64,000 bases of DNA from Macrostomum lignano (taxonomy: Eukaryota). Within the stretch, counting starts at the first letter, position 1, and each line of letters begins with the position of its first letter. A program made the translations under genes and the position numbers. Of the stretch, positions 40,306 to 56,710 are shown in pieces. The notes beneath the pieces were generated by a model. That model saw only the letters and a program-made list of their open reading frames with translations. It did no database searches and was not told where the DNA came from. The DNA lies in contig NIVC01001862.1 of the NCBI GenBank assembly GCA_002269645.1, forward strand, positions 164,288 through 228,287. Reading direction: 5' to 3'.

Positions 40306-42536
40306 CTCTACTAGGGCATATTGTTTTAGTGTGCTAGCAAGCACGGACAGACAGACTGATTCATTAATCGCTAGTTTTCTTGAGAACCAGTGCACCCTAA
40401 GTTGTCGAGAAAAAAAAACAAGCTGAAAAAGCCGGTGAGCTCTCAGGCTGCATACGGAGCTGAACTGTGCATTCTGGTCTCCGCAGAGCTCCATTATTTC
40501 TTGACGTCCTCTCGATCCTGTCCCCCTCGATCTCCTCACTCTCGGACAAATCGATGAAATTAATATCGCGACAGGAGAAAAATAATAAGCCCCTCCCAGA
40601 TGGCCATACGGGTTGGTTCGCTGTGGGATTTTTTCAGCCCTAAGGTCGGTACACCATCTTGGGGGGGGGAGTCGGTCATGATTTTCAGAGCAAGCCACCC
40701 TGCAACCATAAAAAACTGCTATTCTCCAGGATCTGCAACAGCTCAAAAGTTCGGATTGGACATTCGACATCATTGCTCTTTGTTCCATAAAATTTTATTG
40801 CTCCATCTTGAATTTTGTGCCTTGGTGACATGTTATATGCTGTGAATACAGGAACAGTAAATAGCGTGCTAAACAGACATGACGGTGCAGATGGGGTCAA
40901 AGCCGATAAAAAGTCAATTCTTCAAGTCAATAAACAGAATCAAAATCTGCCAGAATTATTTTTAGTTCTCATAGTTTTTCGATAAGCCTGAAATTTACTG
41001 ACAGGCTAGTTTGGCCCTTTTAATTTCAGATATATAAGCTCATGTATGCCATAGCATCTCATAAGTCAGTGAAATTGAAAGTTCATGTTCCTAGGGCTAG
41101 CTTGAGCTAAAACCAAATTTCACTAAAGGAAGCTTCGACCCGGCCTTTCTAGCATAAAGATCGAGCAATGATATTGGACTGGTCCTCAGAAATTTCCCCT
41201 TTTTGAGCATCATTTCCTCCAGAGGATTAAAAAACGACTTGTTCAGAGCCGATGCAGGGAGAGGCGGAACGGGAATCGTTAGAAAGGAATTACAGGGGGG
41301 GAGGTAAGTCCAATACAGAGATGCGGTGAAATGTACTCTTATCTATCATCGGGGTCTGCTAGGCAGCTGAGATCAGCCAGATCTCGTTGCAAACAGCTTA
41401 CAGCAACTTTTTTTGGGGGGGAGGGCTGCTGGACGTCTTTAATAAGGGGGAGCTAGTGGCGAGAAGGGGGCGGGCTAGAGAACCCATTCGCAGCGTATTG
41501 ATCGCTCCGCATGGTTAGCAGAGAGGTGCGAGCCCATTTTGGTTGCTAGTGTTATTTCTTGCCTCACTCCTAGCCAGGGTCTGTTAGGCAAGTGACAGCG
41601 GCGACACGCATGGATTGGCGAGGGAGAGAGCACGGCCTGTGTCAGAGGCAATTACAGGCGAGCGTTAGAGCCAGTGGCGACTCCAAACATTCAAGCTAGT
41701 CGTATCCTGACTTAAAACGAACCGTTTCGGTTTTTAGGGCCTTGCAGACACAAGCAAAAACGCAGCAACTTACCCAGAGAGATACTGTACGGAACAGAGA
41801 CTACAGCGACCGGGCATCCAGGATTTAGCCTATTTTTAACAAAATCAGCTTAGAGGTAAATGAAACGGGAGAGGAAATATGGGGAGCGCAATAAACTGAT
41901 GGTAATAATAAATATCTCTCCCCTAGTCCCAATACAGGGCCCTCCTGCTCACCTGCTTCTGTTGAATGCCTTTGTAAGCAAACGATGACAATTCCACTAA
42001 ATTTTGGGATAACTCTTTGAAGCTGCTCGGCGACCCCTATGCCAAACTACAGCGTTGACGTGTTTATGCCCAATCCGTTATCCACGCACATCTGTCCGAA
42101 AGACATCAGGAATTGACAAGAAAACAGAGGGATTGAATGATGTAGCGAATGATTTCGAAACTAGAATCTGGACATAGAATCGTAGGCTCTATCAACAGAT
42201 TGGCAGGCAAAGAGAAGGATGATAGTGAATTTTTGCTATAGAGTTTTTTTCTCTTTTGGATCGGCGCTTTGCGTGTCGGAACTTCTGTAGACTCAATTGG
42301 GCCTCGTGGCAGCATACAGCTTTGAAAGCCGAAGCAAATGACTACGGAACTCGGCCAGGAATCCATCTCCACAGCTTCTGGGGGAAACTTGCAACAAACT
42401 GACTGAGTTACAAACGAAGGAAGCAAATGTAGAGAGATGTAACGAGTGAGAGACAGTCAGGAGGCAATAAGGCGGGAAGAATGTAACTATGACAAGAAAG
42501 AAGCACACTAGAAAAAAATAGAGTGACACCACAGAG

Positions 42537-43180
<644 letters not shown>

Positions 43181-45223
43181 AAGATATTGTGGTATTCAGA
43201 TGAGAAGCGTAAAGTTAGTCAGACGGACTCACCCCTCACCGGCTCTTGGACAAGTTCTCAGCAAAAATGCGTTGAAAGTTGTAGATCTAATATCGGCAAC
43301 TGTGGACGGCAAATTGTGAAAATGTAAAGAGCAAGGTTACAACTTGCATTGCAGAGATTCGTTATACAAAACAGCTTAATTAGAGGCTTTAGCAGATTAG
43401 CCAACCACCTGTTCCAGTCTCCGGGAGCGTACAAGAACACAAATAGGCAAAAAGGCAGCACAGCGGCTCATTGCCTGCATCCTATTTTTAAAAATGCTTC
43501 TTCCTCGTCTGTCACAGGCCAGGACTTGTCCTGAACTGACGACACTCCAGAAAACCTGCCAGCGCGCTCTCCTGATTGGCTGCCACCGCGGGAGCTGCTG
43601 GGGTGACCGGGCCTTAGTCGGTCCTCCGGGAAGAGACGCAAAGCTGTGGACGACACCAATTGGCTTTGACCCTGAATTTTTTGGCGTTTGAGTAGAAGAG
43701 GCAAGAGACAGGGGAGGGGGGACATGATGGCGACAGAGAGGGGAAGCGGAGGGATAATTTAATGCGCCTCACTCTGCCGGTGGAAATCCTCCGCTTCACG
43801 GCCAGTTTTGCTTACATTTGTCCCGTGCTGCTCTCGCTTCTACGCATGCGTGGGGAAGATAGATAGAGATGTAAGGGGCAGAGATGAGAGCAAAGACTAA
43901 TTAATCGCTGGGTGGAAGACGCCAAGTGGTGTGAGTGCTTTGAGCCAGCCAGCTCCGTGTCCAAACGCCAGTACTTATACTGAGCTTTGCAACTGCTGAT
44001 TCATCATTTGTGCCATCAGTAAACTGCAGGGACTCTGTCTGGATGGTCCACTCGACTTGTGGAACCGTTCCATAGCTGCACTGTCTCACTGTTTACCGCA
44101 CTGATTAGCTATTTGAGTTTCAGGTTTACTCTTGCCAAAGCTATTATATATAGTAATGTTAGATGGCTTAGTTCCTATTTATTTATGTGCTCCAGTGTCT
44201 ACTTGTTATAGTAGGATAATTTGAGGCTAACAAGAGTTGTTTTTAATGAGTGTAATTTAGTCAAACAGTACAGCGCTAACGTTTCAGCTAGTTTATCCAT
44301 ACGTTTACTCCGGCCCAGTAATCTAATCGACTAATTTAGCCTTGTATATTAATAGATAAAATCGACTTATTCACCGACCCACACACGTGCAACATTCCGA
44401 CGTCCGCCTGACGTGCCTGACGGTCCCGATGTCGATGGACGCTGCTGGCAAATGTGTTTTTACATTATTACACCAATGCTTCCGCTAAACATCGGTGTGG
44501 CGCCGCTGTGTTGCGTCACTTTTGATGAGCTAACGATCTACGAGCGTATGCGTTTCTGTTGACTAACTCTACATGTTTAGTGTACAAATACTGTACTCAT
44601 AGTGTAAGGGCGTGCCCGGCGTGAGCTCTTGTAGATTGTTGCACACGAATGAGATCTCGTTTTAGCACGACACGTTGCCTGTCCCTTCACTTGCGTGTTA
44701 CAATGTAAATATATATGATGCTCGATGGTATAACAACTCGTGAATCTCAGCATAACCAACTTGCCTCTGATTTCTGACCACGGCATGACAATCGGTGTAA
44801 TGTAAAAATACCCGTTTTCCAACAGCGTCGATATATGCCGAAAACCGTCAGCGGATGTCTCTGACATTGAGTCACTTTACAGGGACTGTAAGTCAACTGA
44901 CTCATTGATATTTTTTATCGGCCAATCTTCTTTGTATTCCAATAAATTACTATCGCCCTCAAGAACAGCGTTAGACGATGCAGAGATCGAAGAGCATTGA
45001 CTGAGAAGAAAGGCTGGGGAGGTTGCTGGCTAATGTGCGGTTTGCAACGAGGGATACCGATGGATGAGCAGACCAATCCTACATGTATCTAGCCTGCCCA
45101 CGCACGTGTTGCTCTTGGAGACGGTTGGCTATCCAAAAAATCGATATAAATATACTGACAAAATTTTCACAGCTTCCGCGCTCTCCAAGTCGCAATACAG
45201 TCCTGTCCTATGCTCCTAGCCTC

Positions 45224-45976
45224 ATGCCTCCGATCAACTACTCCCTACTGTTGCTACTGTTGCTTTTAAAAGCAAGAAACCTGGTGAGTTGCTTTGAAAC
45301 GGCAAAGTTCACCCTGAGAGACATTCGCCTCTGCCTGGAGCCGGAGCACCTGCTCGAACTGGAACTTAAACCTGGTCGAGAACGCGAATGCTCGTTTCGT
45401 TGCTCGGCTTTTGATCGTTGCCAGGGCTTCAGGCTTCTGCCGGAAAGCAGACTCTGCCAGCTGTTCTTGTTCGACAGATGCAGCAACTTCGCCAACACGA
45501 TCGGGCCCTGCCCTACCGTGCGCGCCTACGTAAAAAAATACAATGGCTTGCCCGACGGGCAGTTGTGTCCCAGCAGCTACGGACAAAAGTACGGCACGTC
45601 AGTCTACAAGCTGCTCTACTCCTCTGACTGGAATGACGGCCTGGCCAAGTGCAACTCGCAGCCGGGCCTCGTGAAAGCTGCCGACGCCAACGATTTAAAC
45701 GAGACCGTCCACTTTCACTGGATCAAGACTCATCTCAATCACGACATCGCCTACTTTATTGGCGGCTACAGGATTGGTGACTCCATCTGGGTCTGGGAGG
45801 CCTGCAACACGACCTTCGCCGCGAACATCTGGACTCCTGGCCAACCAGACGGCGACGGCCCTAAAGCCAGCATCTGGTCGAGCGTTTACGGACAAACCAT
45901 CGGCGTGAACGATGTCGCATCTGTCTCAGTCTACGCCAACAAAACTCTGTGCGAGTGCGTCGACCCGTTCCAGTGA
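45224..45976 (+). CDS. Secreted PAN/apple + C-type lectin domain protein, 250 aa, single coding exon
   Basis: Signal peptide MPPINYSLLLLLLLLK, PAN-like C..C..C.GF..C.L, CTLD with C-W-C, FIGG and W..GQPD. An acceptor ttttcacag lies ~50 nt upstream of the ATG. Confidence 0.85.
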   Translation: MPPINYSLLLLLLLLKARNLVSCFETAKFTLRDIRLCLEPEHLLELELKPGRERECSFRCSAFDRCQGFRLLPESRLCQLFLFDRCSNFANTIGPCPTVRAYVKKYNGLPDGQLCPSSYGQKYGTSVYKLLYSSDWNDGLAKCNSQPGLVKAADANDLNETVHFHWIKTHLNHDIAYFIGGYRIGDSIWVWEACNTTFAANIWTPGQPDGDGPKASIWSSVYGQTIGVNDVASVSVYANKTLCECVDPFQ

Positions 45977-46619
45977 ACGTCGGTTAAGCCCTACTTAGCG
46001 ATAAATTCGTTATGAAGTTTAACAGATACTGATGAGCGAACTGAGAAAAAAAACTTTAAGTATCCGTCAACTAAAAGTAGAAAGTCGTTACTTCTCAGAC
46101 AGAAACACCTGCAGTCGATAAACTTATAAAAGACACCCTCGGACTAAAGCACATGCTACCTTCGTGTAAATTGGATAAATAAATTGCCCATGCAACTCGA
46201 CTGTCAAGACCTAATGCAGACCTCCAGTGGTTATAGGAAAATTTCAGGAAATAAATTTATCTATAAAATATTTCAGCATCCATCAAGTCTATAGCTAACT
46301 CCGTTCCACCCACGTCGTTCAAACAACAGCCGATGGCTTTTAGCCAGGCATGGGCAGAAATTTTGCCTATGAATTTTTTAAACTTTTCTGAGACAATGCT
46401 GGGAGTCAAAATCATCTATGTATATCAATTGATTTAAGCATGGGAGGCTAGGGTAAGGTAGCGTGAAATGCATCAGTTAGCATCGTTATTGGCACTAGGC
46501 GCGTAGTGGGCGTTTAACGAGGTTTAGATGCTAGCAATATTCATATGGCGCGCTCAAAATTGCCAATGTATATACGGTAGTAATATTGTTAGAGTTTGGC
46601 AATGATGACCGGCTTAATA

Positions 46620-46826
46620 ATGCCACTCAGTATCTGAGGAGTGCTACTCAGTATCTGAGGAGTGGCCACTCAGTATCTGAGGAGTGTCACTCCGTATCTG
46701 AGGGGTGCTACTCAGTATCTGAGGAGTGCTACTCAGCATCTGAGGAGTGTCACTCAGCATCTGAGGAGTGGCCACTCAGCATCTGAGGAGTGTCACTCAG
46801 CATCTGAGGAGTGCCACTCAGCATCT
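46620..46826. repeat. 21-bp minisatellite (gccactcagcatctgaggagt) with internal ctcag/ctgag inversion
   Basis: Direct, ~10 copies. Confidence 0.85.
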
Positions 46827-47338
46827 GGGTGTAAACATAAGGTCGCAGTGTTATTTTGCTCTTCATTAATTCAAACCGTTGTATCATGCAGATAGCGGTG
46901 CAGTAGTATATGTGGCGTATCAAAAACAGCGGCAGCCAGCACATGTGACTAAGCTTCAGAGAAGTTCCAAACAATTTTGTTGCTCAACGAAAGTATTTCC
47001 GTTTCGGATTCCAGACCACCAAGTCTACTGAATAGTTTAAAATAATGATAGTTCCTCATCTCCTCAGGCAGACATACTAGAATTTCGAAAACTGGATATC
47101 TATGCTCCAGGCCTCAATTCTATGCATAGCGTTCCAAGACATATCATGAAATTAGAAACCTGAGCCGCCGGACTTCGCCACGCCAAAGTGGACTTGCTGG
47201 GGCAGCTTTCCTCTCATTAAATTCTGTGCTGAATTGAAAACTAACACTGAAACCGGCGTATTACTCACTAAGCTCGACCTCGCGGTCACGCCCTTTGATT
47301 GCGTGCTTACTTATGTTTGTTTTAGCGGATAGATAAAT

Positions 47339-47885
<547 letters not shown>

Positions 47886-48304
47886 CCAGTGCCAAAGAAA
47901 TCTGATCCAGGTAAGTGCAAGCAAACAGCGATAATATGTATATTCGTAATTTAACAAGCAACTAAGCGTTGAGCTGCTAGCTCATCACAAAAAAATGCGA
48001 CACGCCAAAGCCCGTTGCCTAGATGTGCTTATTAATTTTTTCTTTACAAGCCTTATTGGTATGAAAATAATGGCTTATAAAAATTTTAATAATGCATAGT
48101 AACATCATAACATTTCTCAAAATGACTCCTTTGCGTGACTAGACTGGGCGTTCTGGGTGTGGCCAACTATAGTGAGGAGTGACACTTCCGGTGGTAACAC
48201 TGTCCAGTCACTGGGTGACCCGCCAATTCTATTTTGAATTACATTGAACAATTTTTTCACCGGGTTGGATTCTACTAGTTAACAAGCTTTTCTACTACGG
48301 GCAA

Positions 48305-48635
<331 letters not shown>

Positions 48636-49149
48636 CTTAACACAGGGCCAGGATATTAATTCGGTCCAGATTGTCATTTAAGTAAATTGTGCATTTGGTT
48701 TTTTCACAAATTTTTAAAATAGACTGAATTTTGCTATCGCTTGTTTACCTTGCTGTTCCAAATTTCCTATCTAGACCCACATTTTAGTAGCGGATCTAAT
48801 TAAGTGTAGAGCGGACTTTACAAGTTCTGCAGATCGGTTTGGCTTGGCTTAACTGGGTCCTGTTTGCACTATTTGTCACCCGAGACAAATTACGGACCCT
48901 CTGTCTGTACAGGCGTGTCTTCTGTCCACATTTTTATTGCCTTGGACTCGGCAGCTGTTTGTTTCGACTCTTTGTTTTTGTCTGCGGGTGAAAAATAGTC
49001 TGGCTAAAGGGGTGTTGAGAGGACTATTGGGCCTGGAAAGAGATAGGGAAATCCAACCCATGGCATGTTGTGACATGCAGAGCGGATTTTCCATCTATCT
49101 ACCTACCTCCATCTATCTACCTACCTACCTATAGGTATATATGGATATA

Positions 49150-51111
<1,962 letters not shown>

Positions 51112-51586
51112 TTCTTCTATACACTCGTAGTTTTGTCATTACTAAGTTTTGTCGTCTGTCATTCTAGTTTTGTCATTACTTGCGTTAGTAATGCAATGTC
51201 CAAATGATTGATCCGTTTAAGTGGCTTCTTTACAGACTGAGAGACAACACTGCTGCTGCTGTCGTGGAAACGTACATGTATTTAGGAACATTAGTGTCAT
51301 GCTTTGTTGACGACATTCATATGAGAAATTCGCGTCACTAGCATAATTTCCAATTCAGCTCACCATATCTATCTTGCATAGCTAGCGAGTGCGAGCGCAC
51401 ATTTAAACCAGCTAGAGCTAAATTAACAAATGATCACGTTAGTTCTTTTTATAGATCATACCCCCACTCTTATCCCGTATCTCAGGTCTTCTTGGCTGGG
51501 TTTTCGAGTGCTAAAAATAGCATCAGTCAAGTCTCAACCCCGCGCCCACCCCTCCTCCTAGCAAAGCACGTGCATACATACGCTCG

Positions 51587-51596
51587 TATATAAATA
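51587..51596 (+). promoter_or_regulatory. Putative TATA box for the BH3-motif gene
   Basis: tatataaata ~110 nt upstream of ATG 51705. Confidence 0.45.
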
Positions 51597-51704
51597 AGAT
51601 CGAACTAGTCTAGGGCAGAGAGCTAGAGAAGCTGTGCTTTCAAAACACTTGAAATCTTTTAAACTCGCATGACTTGCAATAAATAGTCAGGCATAACCGG
51701 AGCA

Positions 51705-53115
51705 ATGTCTGAAACAAATGGAAAAAACAACAACAACAGTACTCAGGCTCGCGTATCACCCGACAGGCCGAGTCCTGCTAATCAGTCAGGCAGCCTACTA
51801 CTCAAGCGTCGTCGATTGCGCAGCACCACCTATGCGAATAACAGCAGCATGTCCAGTGTCACCAATGACAATGACGGCACTGCTGGGTCGGTTTGGAGTT
51901 CGGCGTTTAATCTGACCCAGCTGCGCGTGCGAACACCGTCAAGTCAGCCGCAGTCTCGCACTGTCAGTGAAGTTCGATCTGTTGAGAAACGCAGCGCGGA
52001 TATAGCTAAGCTTAGCCTAAGACTGATGCTGTTGCAGCGGCTGAGTAGTATGAACGCTGATGTGCGAGAGAGGGCGTTGTTTATGATGCGGCAAGCCAAC
52101 TGTGACTGCGATGGCTGGTGAGCTAAAATTTAGTTTTGTTTTAGTATACGTGGACTAGCAATAACAACCCCCCTCTGGGGAGGCACCCAATGAACGATTA
52201 ATTAAAAAAACTATTTGTTTTGGCTTCTTGTTAGATGTCGATTGTGTAAAACAAAGATATCATTTGCCATCACTGATGTCACGCTTTCCTGTCTAAGTCA
52301 TCAGCTTTCCTTTTCAGCCTATTTTGGCATCTCCCCTTTGGGAATTGGCGTCTCACCAGCTTTCCTTTGATTTTGAATTGAACCATGGCCTTAGCAGCTG
52401 CCCCATGACCTATAGAGCCATGGAATAAACTGAAGCCAGTAAGGTCGTGAAAGATTTGAATTTACAAATTTACGACTATTTTCTTCTTTAGCCCCCTCAC
52501 CTACGCAGCACACGGCTAAAATTAGCTTCTCTGCTTCTAAGCCACAAAGAGGGGCGTTTAGGCTTCAAAATTAGCATCAAGACAGACTAGACTCAAAACT
52601 GAGTATTTGGGGGTTGGAGTGAGCGTCAACAATGTACATTTGAGTATTTATTGTGGCCCCGGCACTCAATCTAAATTTCTTATAGAGCGGATACAGGTAA
52701 ACAGTGGAACTACTACTAGTTAAATACGGAACTGTAGCCAAATATAAGGCAAGAGTAACATTCCCCATTAAAAATTTCTTTTTCGATTTAGGCACGCTAA
52801 GACTACTTTTACTTGTTCCGGGCGACAAGGGAAAGGTTTAATTACAAAATTTACCGAACAAATCCAAGCCAATATGGCTATAACTAAAACTAGCTATAAG
52901 TAATAGCTATGACTATAACTTGCCTCAGGTGCCCCCAGCCGGAAGTCAGTAGCGGTCGCACTGCCGCTGACAAGACTCGATGGTTGGCGCGGAAACTGGC
53001 CAGATTTGCGGACGAGTTCGGCGCCACCTGGGCTGGCGGCGCGGCCGCTAGGAGGGCTCGGGAGGTGAGGCTGAGCTGGATGTTCAGGGAAGGGCTCGAG
53101 CGGGCCCTACTGTAG
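51705..53115 (+). CDS. Candidate BH3-only (BAD-like) protein, 199 aa; join(51705..52117,52929..53115)
   Basis: Donor tg|gtgagc and acceptor cctcag|g are both phase 2 and rebuild a Trp codon. Exon 2 encodes RWLARKLARFADEF (BH3 consensus). Exon 1 is Ser/Asn-rich with RLRSTT and RVRTPS motifs. Confidence 0.65.
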
Positions 53116-53284
53116 ACATGGCGCTTTGTTACTTTGTCGTTATTCAGTTTGCAAGTAGGGGGCTTTAGGCAACTGCGCAAACCAGCAAAGAGGCAAACAG
53201 TTATTCATGTACATGTCCATTCTGCTGACCCCTGAGCATGCACACGGATACTATGTGGACACGCACGAAATTGCACTTGAATAG

Positions 53285-53616
53285 CAGAGGCCGGCAAAAT
53301 TTTTACGTCCAGAGCCAGATAAATAACCTAGCGCATGATTGCGGTCCAGAGGAGGGAGGGAGGAGAGGTAATAAAGGGAAAAGAGAAAGGAGAAAGGTGA
53401 TGCGAGGGAATAAAGGAGATAAGAATAGAGGAGAATAAAAAGAATAGGAGAGGAGAGAAAAGCGAAGAGAAAGGAGATTATAGAGAAGAGAGCTGAGAAG
53501 AGACAAAAACCTTGAGTGGACCGGATTGCTATTGTGAAATTGCACAGGACCCGAGGGCCGGATAGAGAGGCTTTGCCGGCCGCATGGGGCTCGCGGCTCG
53601 AGTTTGCCGACCCCTT
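53285..53616. mobile_element. hAT-type MITE (same family as 17338), degenerate
   Basis: cagaggccggcaaa ... gtttgccgacccct ends and shared internal ggattgctattgtgaaatt..gacccgagggccggatagagagg. No TSD seen. Confidence 0.75.
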
Positions 53617-54180
53617 TACGTATTAGACCTAGATAGATACCGACAGACCATTTTTAGTATAATGGATTTGAGCCTCCCAGAGTCATCACGACTGTCGCCC
53701 GTGAACTATCGCAGATGAGCCTGCCTCAAGTATCAGGTAAAGCCGAATTACGTCACTGTCTCAACCATCATCTGACCGGCTTTGAGTCAGTCCGATGTCG
53801 CGTAGCGTTTCTGTTGATTCTCTGCTCTGAACTGGCTGCCAAGGCGGTGCTGCAGTGCAATGCTGTGGCTCTGGGGCTCATTGTCGGTTGTTGCTCCGAA
53901 CTGCTCTGCTGCCACATTGCTCCCATTGTGATTGTTCGAGGCTGGGTGAGATGGCTTATAATCTTATGCTTGTTGAACGATTTAAAATATAGTTTTGTAC
54001 TCATAACAATGCCTTGTAGACTGGGGTAGGGTCGAGTAGGGTCGTCTTGATGAATTGGTCTTGATCAATAAGGTGGGGTTGTCTAGATCAGTGGGATTGG
54101 GTTTCCCAGACAACTGGAGTATCTACATGTAAACCAATGGGTTAGGGCTGTTTGGATCAAAGCGGTTGTTTTGCCTAGAT

Positions 54181-54482
54181 CAGGGGTCGGAATAATTTTT
54201 TACCTCCAGGGCAAGATAGAAAATCCAGAGCATGACTGCGGGCCAGAAGAGGAAGAGAGAGAAGAGGGAATAGAGAAGAGAGTAGAGAGAACAGAAGAGA
54301 ATAGAGGACGAGAAGTGAGAGAAGAGGAGATAAGAGAGGAGATAAGACAGAAAAGAGCTGAGAAGAGACACAAGCCTCGAGCCGGCCGGATTGCTATTGT
54401 AAAGCTTCAAAGAACCCGAGGGCCGGATAGAGAGGCTTCGCAGGCCGCATGTGGCTCACGGGCTGGAGTTTGCCGAGCCCTG
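54181..54482. mobile_element. hAT-type MITE (same family)
   Basis: caggggtcgg ... gtttgccgagccctg ends. TSD gcctagat/gtctagat fits the NTCTAGAN preference of Charlie-type hATs, though the flank is itself a degenerate gtctagatc repeat. Confidence 0.8.
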
Positions 54483-55817
54483 GTCTAGATCGATGGGATG
54501 GGTTTGTCCAGATGAATTAAGTGGGGTTGTCTTGATCGATAAGGTGAGGTTTTCTGCATTAAATAATTTGTGTCTGGGCCTGTATTGAGATGGAAAAGTT
54601 GTCTTGACGTAACTTACAATTAAATCAAGTCAACCACACTACCTCTCGTTGTATGTATTGCAGAGCTACTTCATCAACGCAGCTGAGTTCACCCGAGCAA
54701 CCGGAGTTGGTCGCAGACTGCTCACTGCCCTAATTCTGATTGGCTGTATGGGCGCGTTTGCCAGCCGTACTCAAAGTCACTGAGAGCTGCTGTGATTGGC
54801 CCAACCAACTCCAAGTCATGTACATACGAGTGTTTGTGTACATAAAACAGTCGAACTTGCTATGTAAGTCAACACTTCAATGTACCAACTACTAATCGCA
54901 AAAAATCACAAACGCTGTTTTTTAAACCTTTATGGTGCTCTTCTACGCTTTTTTGTATAGCATGTTGCATTCTTGCATCAGTATTGTAAGTTTTCTGTTC
55001 TTTTCCAGTCATTTTTTACTTTGTGCGCGACGAATAAAGTCCCAGCTAGATATGCAATTGCGCTTTTTTAATTCATGCAGGCAAAACTTAATTTGCTTAC
55101 TGTACATAATTGCCATTGAATGCGCAGCAATATTATTTTTAAATCATATTGGTAACTGTAAATATAAATGTTAGACATGATATTATCAATAGAATGAGCA
55201 AAATCCACTACGCTGTTAAGTAGTGTTGGTGCTGGAGCAGTATCGAATATACGAAAAATGTTAACTGTTCTATTTATTTTATCTCTCAAAGTTAATTATT
55301 AAAACTCAAATATTTCTAAATAACCTAATTATTTAAACAAACTGTTTTGTTCAAACAGACGCATTTTAGTGCGGTGCAGATGTTAAACTTTCATTTAGAT
55401 CAACCTGGCAACCCCTGTTGAAAGAGTCAAGTTAGTTTCAGCAATAGATTCGACAGTTCAGCGGCAAATTCTTGCAAGCTTTGTACAGCAGAGCTCAAAC
55501 AACGGCTTTAGCAGCCTCTTGACCGTACAGGCAGAATACGTAGACGGAACCGCTACCGACCGACGCCCTCTAAGTTGATCGGATGGCCTCAGCGAAGTTG
55601 CACAAGACCGATTATTCGTATTGCTGGCCGAATATACATTAACAAACCGCTACATTAGGCCAGTCTCGTGCATTTCCTACATACTGATAACTTAATGTAC
55701 CTGTAGCATGCAATCTTATAAATTTTATAAGCTATAAATTAGGTCTTAAATCGTGAGTACGAAAAACCTACGCTAAAGTTTCAAAGCTCGATCATTCAGC
55801 ACATCCAACGTCATTCC

Positions 55818-56540
55818 CAGGCGCGTCGCCACCGGGGAGGGAGTGACAGGGGGACATGTCTCCCAGTAAAAGCTATGGGGGACATTTCAATGCTTTGTCC
55901 CCCCCCACCCCACCTTGTGACTCGTTGCGGTAATCAATAACTTGTTAATGATTAACAAAATGAGTGCCTGCGGCGCTAAAATGAGTGTCTGTGGCGCTAA
56001 AATGAGTGCCTGAGGTGCTAAAATGAGTGTCTGTGGCGCTAAAATGAGTGCCTGAGGTGCTAAAATGAGTGCCTGAGGTGCTAAAATGAGTGTCTGAGGT
56101 GCTAAAATGAGTGTCTGTGGCGCCAAAATGAGTGCCTGTGGCGCTAAAATGAGTGCCTGAGGTGCTAAAATGAGTGCCTGAGGTGCTAAAATGAGTGCCT
56201 GAGGTGCTAAAATGAGTGTCTGTGGCGCTAAAATGAGTGCCTGAGGTGCTAAAATGAGTGCCTGAGGTGCTAAAATGAGTGTCTGAGGTGCTAAAATGAG
56301 TGTCTGTGGCGCCAAAATGAGTGCCTGTGGCGCTAAAATGAGTGCCTGAGGTGCTAAAATGAGTGTCTGAGGTGCTAAAATGAGTGCCTGAGGTGCTAAA
56401 ATGAGTGTCTGTGGTGCTAAAATGAGTGCCTGTGGCGCTAAAATGAGTGCCTGAGGTGCTAAAATGAGTGTCTGTGGCGCTAAAATGAGTGTCTGTGACG
56501 CTAAAATGAGTGTCTGTGGCGCTAAAATGAGTGCCTAGAA
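55818..56540. mobile_element. MITE-like element carrying a 21-bp minisatellite (aaaatgagtgcctgaggtgct, ~27 copies, 55957-56540)
   Basis: Array plus unique flank homologous, in reverse orientation, to 1-330. Confidence 0.7.
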
Positions 56541-56710
56541 ATGAATTCTTCAGCAATGCTGCTTCTTGATTGCTGCTTAAGTGCCATTAGGCCAATTAGT
56601 CTGCTTTTGTAGTAGCAGAGAGCGTATTTTGTTTTACTGGCATAAAATCGGTCGCGGTACACTGTTTTTAAGTCAGTTTTTTTAGTCTAGTCAAGCCGAA
56701 CCAGAATCGG

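Noticed and set aside
43468-43725. GC-rich minus-strand ORF as a further exon of the 36675-39903 model
   Set aside because: It has an acceptor but no convincing in-phase donor, and it contains a CCAAT-like element, so it could be promoter DNA.
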